NCBI GenBank assembly: GCA_029953675.1
Contig: JAMWBK010000002.1
Location: 1,550,001-1,614,000, forward strand
Length of the DNA stretch: 64,000 nucleotides
Direction: 5' to 3'
Source of the DNA: Rhodosorus marinus CCMP1338
Taxonomy: Eukaryota; Plantae; Rhodophyta
A program made the translations under genes and the position numbers. The notes under the pieces were generated by a model, which searched no databases, was not told the DNA's origin, and saw only the letters and a list, made by a program, of their open reading frames with translations. Of the stretch, positions 58,863 through 64,000 are shown piece after piece; position 1 is the first letter of the stretch; every line of letters begins with the position of its first letter.

Positions 58863-59049
58863 CGTCGAAAGCACCCCCTGGAATTCAATTCACCTTCAAT
58901 GTCCGAAATTGAAACAGTCCCCTCTACCAGCTGTCTCAACGCCCGGGGTACTCACGCCGTCTCGTCGACGCCCTACTCGACGTCCTGTCAACGTCTTTAA
59001 GAGCTTTTGACGGGAACCAATCCATGCAGGGAGTGTTGGGAAGAACGTA

Positions 59050-59096
59050 TCCTCTCGCCAAGTGAGTCGCCGAAATTGGATCCGGTCAAGAGCGTT
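59050..59096 (-). repeat. Exact 47-bp inverted copy of TOP2 coding sequence 61863-61909
   Basis: The reverse complement reads aacgctcttgaccggatccaatttcggcgactcacttggcgagagga, identical to TOP2 (TLLTGSNFGDSLGER). Confidence 0.95.
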
Positions 59097-61334
59097 GAAG
59101 CATTCGGGGCGTTCTCCACGGGTAACATCGTGAAGCCTACGTGGATTTGGTTTCCAGCTCGTCCAGCATGGATGGGGTAGATTTGATTATGACAGGGGTA
59201 GCTTCGCAAGGTACGATTTGAAGAAGATGGAGTCGGGTGACGGAGTCGGGTGACGGAATCTGGAGCCGACCTGGTGGAAAGTCTCCTGAGACGACGGCGT
59301 TCTTTATATCTGTTCTAGCTCTCTACGGTTCTTGAGAAGATCATGATGGGGCTCCGAAAGCCAACCAAAATTTCAAGGTATGCGTTTGGAACCCGGCTTT
59401 CTGTTGGTATTGTCGGTTGTTTTGTTCTTGAACCTTTCATTGTCGCGGGTTTCGGTAGACGCATCGTAGCATTGGAAGATCCGGCTTTTATTTCCGTGCC
59501 GAGATAATTTTTTTTACCGGCGATGCAAGAAGAACGCATGTACTCTTGACTCCTATAAGTTGAGTTTGTGTCCATCAACTCTTTTGACCAAATCCAACAA
59601 CACCAATGGAGACTACATCTTTTTGTCTGAATCGAAGTTGGAGAATTGATATCTCGTCCGCGTCTTACTCGAGCTTGCGGTCTGTCTCTGTTGGACTGGA
59701 CAAAGGATAGATGCTAAACCGCTGCTCTATTGCCTTTGACAGGGTTGGCTCCTGGTCTATGACCTGCACGACAGCGCGAATTCATCGTTTCGAGGGGCCA
59801 CGTTTCGGGTGCCTCCGTGGCAGGAGCCTGACCTATCTGCTGCTCGAAGAACCTTGGGCTTACAGACTACTAGCTACCGGCTGAGGCAAGAGATGAGCCT
59901 CTCGACGCTCTGGTTTCTGGTTATGGGCAACGCAATTAAGTGCTTTTTATATTGAGCCGTCGAGATGGCGAACCTTGAGCAGATCTCGGTGGACTGAAAG
60001 GCGTGATGTTCCCAGTCCAGCGCCCTCAAAGCTTCCCAGTAGGGGGATGAGTGTTTCTTCTGTACCGTTTCCCCTGTCAAGCGGCTGAAGCGAACAAGTT
60101 TGGTACCAAGGACGGACGTATTGATTTCCGGCGGCATTTGGTGATGGAGTAAATTTTTAAACAGTCCTATGTGTTTCACGCTTGAACCCGCCCTCAAACT
60201 TGCATACCCAGTTTGGTCCAGTGATACAAACCAGTCCCGTCAAACATCTAGCGCCTGGAAAGGAGCTCAATCATTCAGAACCACGTTCAATCAATGTAGA
60301 AGCTAAAAAGTTGAGAAAACGAGATTTTGGCGGGAACTTCTCGGTTTTGATTGACTCGGCTCCGGCTTCTTAGAAATCTCTGATTCAATCTGATTGTAGG
60401 ATGATACAATCTACCCCTTTGGAAAAAGTCTGATTTTGTAAAAAACAAGTATTAGGAAGAGAGTTTCACTATTCAAACGAAAAAAATTATTTCGGTTTGG
60501 GTGTGTTGCCGAATAGCATTGGGACCATTGAGAACGCCAATGAACCCAACCTTTTAGAGAGGGTCACTCAAAAGGTCTTCGGAGAGTACTGTTTGTTTGT
60601 TTGTTCGTTTTTTCACGTATTTTGGGGGGTTTTGGATTTTCAAGTATTAAGGCGGTCTTTTCACGTTTCATACTTTTTGAAATATCCGCTCCTTTTGGAC
60701 TATTTTCATCGGTAAAAATGAACGAAGCAAGTCCTTTGTAAAAATAACTGTTTGGAGGGTTTTGCCTTTTTCCCCGTTATTGAGAAAGGAACGGAGGAGC
60801 CTCTGACTTTCGAATGTATGATTAACAACTATTTTTGTTTCAAAATATGATAATCCCAGATTGGGGTTTTCCAGGCCCGAAAGACCTCCTCAAGTTTTAG
60901 AAGTATTCATGACCCCACCCCCCCCCCTAGGTCATAATTGAGATTGAAAATATCTGCAATAATTGGAAATATTTGGACCATATTTCTGCCGTACGAATTT
61001 CCCTGATCAGGGGATGATCAAATTCTTTATATTGGAGCGAATGGCTTCCATTTGTAAAAAAAAATCTGAATAGCCGGGGGGGGGGGGAGTTTGGGAGATT
61101 CTGGTGTTTTTGGGGTGGTAGTGATATTAGGCAAAGAAAAATACAGAAATGAAGGGCTTAGGCGGAGTCAACTGGGAAGAACGTTGTGGGTGGGGACGTG
61201 TGTGAGATTGGGTGAGGAAGTGAGGGATTAGACAGGTGTAGTGACCGGGGATGTCCTTTGGGAATTGAACTAAGAGGAGGTGGAACATCCGGAAAGACAC
61301 ACGAAACTTTTTTCTGTTCGGATGAGCTGAGACC

Positions 61335-64000
61335 ATGCTGGGACTGCATCGCCTGCGGTGGGGATTTTCCCACCATGGGTTCAGGCCCTTTGGATCGCGT
61401 GGATACACGTCGACTGCTTATCGGAGAAATGTCTCTGTCGATCCCTCCTCTATGTATCGCAAGCTTTCTCCGGTGGAGCACGTCCTCTTGAGACCGGAGG
61501 TCTACCTGGGAACTGTACAACCTGTGACTCGTATGATGTGGTTCCCGAAGAAGGTTGGGCACAACTGGAGAGTTCTACCATCAGAGGTCAAGCTTGTACC
61601 TGCTTTTGCGAAGATATTTGACGAAATCATTGTCAACGCCGCAGACAATTATCAACGGTGCGCTGCCAGCTTCCTAGCCGTGGTGTGAAAGGGTAAACGT
61701 TGACATGCTCCATTTCTGATTTCGCAGGGATCCGTCGACGAGTCGAATAGACGTCAACGTTGATCCAGAGTTGAACTTGATCAAGGTTTCAAACGATGGA
61801 CGTGGACCCCCGGTCACCGTTCACCGGCATGAGCAGGTTTACATACCCGAGATGATCTTCGGAACGCTCTTGACCGGATCCAATTTCGGCGACTCACTTG
61901 GCGAGAGGACAACAGCTGGCCGACACGGATACGGGGCAAAGTTGACAAACATAATGAGCACGGAGTTTACAGTGCATACTTCTGATCCAACCCGAAGGAA
62001 AACCTTCAGTCAGGTAGGTTCTTGCGTAGGATACAATCACATCCGTTTGAGCGACAGCAATGAACCGCAGTCCGTCTGATTCTGAGTGCAAAAATCCAAT
62101 GCTCCGCAAACAGAGTTTCTACAACAACATGAGAGATCGAAACAGTCCCGTCATTGAGGAAGGTCTTGCCCTTCAGAACTCCACCACCATTGAGTTTCGT
62201 CCTGATCTCGTTCGCTTCGGAATGCAGAGGCTGGACAATGACGCTGTGGAGTTCATGCGAAAACGGACGTGGGACATTGCCGCTTGTCTTGCTGATGAGG
62301 GTGTCCAGGTCACTTTCAACGGTGACAGGATCCCATTTACGAGTTTCAGAGACTACGCCGCTCTGCATGGACGGGTAAGCTTTTTCGAGATATCTTCGGG
62401 GAAGCGTGCAGCGTGCTCCGTTCCTAACCAAACTAGAGTGGTTTTCTAGGAACCGGTCTCAGATTCTTCGCTTATTTTTGGGAGCGGGCGGAGATTCCAG
62501 TACGGCATGAGGATTCTCAGCGAAGATGAGAGATCGCCGTTGGTAGGAGTCCAGCAAGTCAGTTTTGTGAACAGCGTTGCAACGTACAGGGGAGGGTCCC
62601 ATGTCCAACTTGTTCTTGAGCGGGTCCTCAAAGCGGCTGGAGCTACGCCTGAGGACAGGGTCTCCAACGCTATAGTCAGAAGCAATGTACTGCTCTTCGC
62701 GAAAGCGACGTTGGACAAACCAAGTTTTGAGTCGCAGAGCAAAGAAATGTTAACAACGAAGGTAACCGACACATGTTTTGGACTCTGCTGTATCTCGCTT
62801 CCCAACCGGACGTTCAGCTTCCAGGCCCTAACCACGAAGATGGACGAGCACTGTTGGGGCTTAACTCTTCTCGCTTTGTTCTTTTGAAAGCTTGACGAGG
62901 CTAGGAACAACCTTAAAATGGCGGCGCGGTTTATACCTGACGTCACGAAGAGCAGTGGGCTAGTGGAGTTGCTTGCGAGGGCCGTGGAGAGCAATTCCTG
63001 GAAAAATCTTCAGGCTACTGCGAGGACGAACAAGAAGGATAGAAAGCATCTTTTGGTGCCCAAGCTGGAAGATGCGTTGAAGGCTGGAAAGAACGAGGGC
63101 GATCAGTGCACTTTGATTGTGACCGAGGGTGACTCTGCGAAGGCCTTGGCAATGGCAGGCCTTGCGGTTATCGGCAGAGACATCTATGGCGTTTACCCGC
63201 TGAGAGGAAAAATGCTCAACGTCCGGGACCAAGCCACGAAAACTGTAGCGAAAAATGAGGTACCGTCTTTCACGGATGGGTTTCACAGGCAGGGCTTGCA
63301 TGGAAATACTGAACAGGCTTGTTCGCCGACTCTTGTGCTCCTGGTTAGGAACTCACAAATATTGTGCGTGTACTCGGCTTGAGATATGGAGTTGACTACA
63401 GCAAGCCCCACGAAAGAGCGACTCTACGTTACCGCAAGATCATGCTCATGACCGATCAGGATCATGACGGGCATCATATCAAGGCTTTGATGATGAACTT
63501 TTTCCATCACTTCTGGCCGGAATTGCTGCAGTCGAACTCCTTCTTCGAGACTTTCTCCACACCTATTGTAAAGGCGATCCACCCGAAGCTGTAAGTAGAA
63601 TACGAGGACTTGTCTGACGCCGGCGATAGTTCGGCAACCTAACAAGCAAGGTTTGTTTACTTTTCAGGGGTGTAACTCCATTCTACGACCTGAAGGCGGT
63701 GGAGGAGTACAAACAAACACTGGACCCTGCAACCCTTGAGGGAACAACCTTCAAGTACTACAAGGGTCTGGGAACGAGTACCAGGGAAGAGGGACAGGAG
63801 TATTTTCGGGACATTGATAACCATCGCTCTTCATTTAAGTGGACAGAAGGTAAGCACACTGTACACTAATTCAGTTTGTGTAGTGATGGCCTCCGGTTCT
63901 AATTGAAGCTCCGCGGTTCACAGGCGCTTCGGACCTGATTGATATGGTGTTCAGGCGTGACCGCACTCAGGAGCGCAAGGATTGGTTTTATCGCGAGAAT
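61335..64000 (+). CDS. TOP2: DNA topoisomerase II, eukaryotic type IIA, with mitochondrial-like presequence; runs off the window
   Basis: Motifs are YRKLSPVEHVLLRPE, KIFDEIIVNAADN, SNDGRG, GRHGYGAKLTNI, TLIVTEGDSAK, PLRGKMLNVR, MTDQDHDG and YYKGLGTS. Confidence 0.95.

Noticed and set aside
59315-60400. Short ORFs between AIM29 and TOP2
   Set aside because: No recognisable domain or consistent exon chain.
1-64000. CRISPR arrays, rRNA genes, prokaryotic operons or defence systems
   Set aside because: None seen. The DNA is spliceosomal-intron-containing eukaryotic sequence, and no repeat-spacer array with three or more units was found.

Overview
Intron-rich eukaryotic nuclear DNA, most likely from a red alga. 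This is inferred from a nuclear petC with an MEAFV-type transit peptide, a plastid-targeted NblB-like HEAT protein, a TDY-type MAPK and a eukaryotic-type TOP2 with a mitochondrial-looking presequence. About 20 genes are recognisable: Argonaute, PPR, rubredoxin-domain, TCAIM, an intronless PanE-like ketopantoate reductase, BCL7-like, NblB-like, a CPBP-like membrane protein, a SAC1/synaptojanin-like phosphatase, MAPK, ABHD11, an MscS-like channel, PetC, two tandem coiled-coil paralogs, PheRS beta, EF-Ts, AIM29 and TOP2 (cut by the window edge). Gypsy and Copia relics lie between them. The most notable unexplained structures are: (1) a dead Gypsy element with a clean 585-bp inverted copy of its own gag-pro region, a possible hairpin 'killer' locus near a slicer-type Argonaute; (2) a pre-miRNA-sized hairpin 35 nt after the Argonaute stop; (3) a plastid-type, membrane-anchored coiled-coil protein ending in an AT-hook, next to a truncated paralog; (4) an exact 47-bp inverted copy of a TOP2 exon 2.8 kb upstream of TOP2. 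All exon structures and alignments were read by eye, and no database searches were run.
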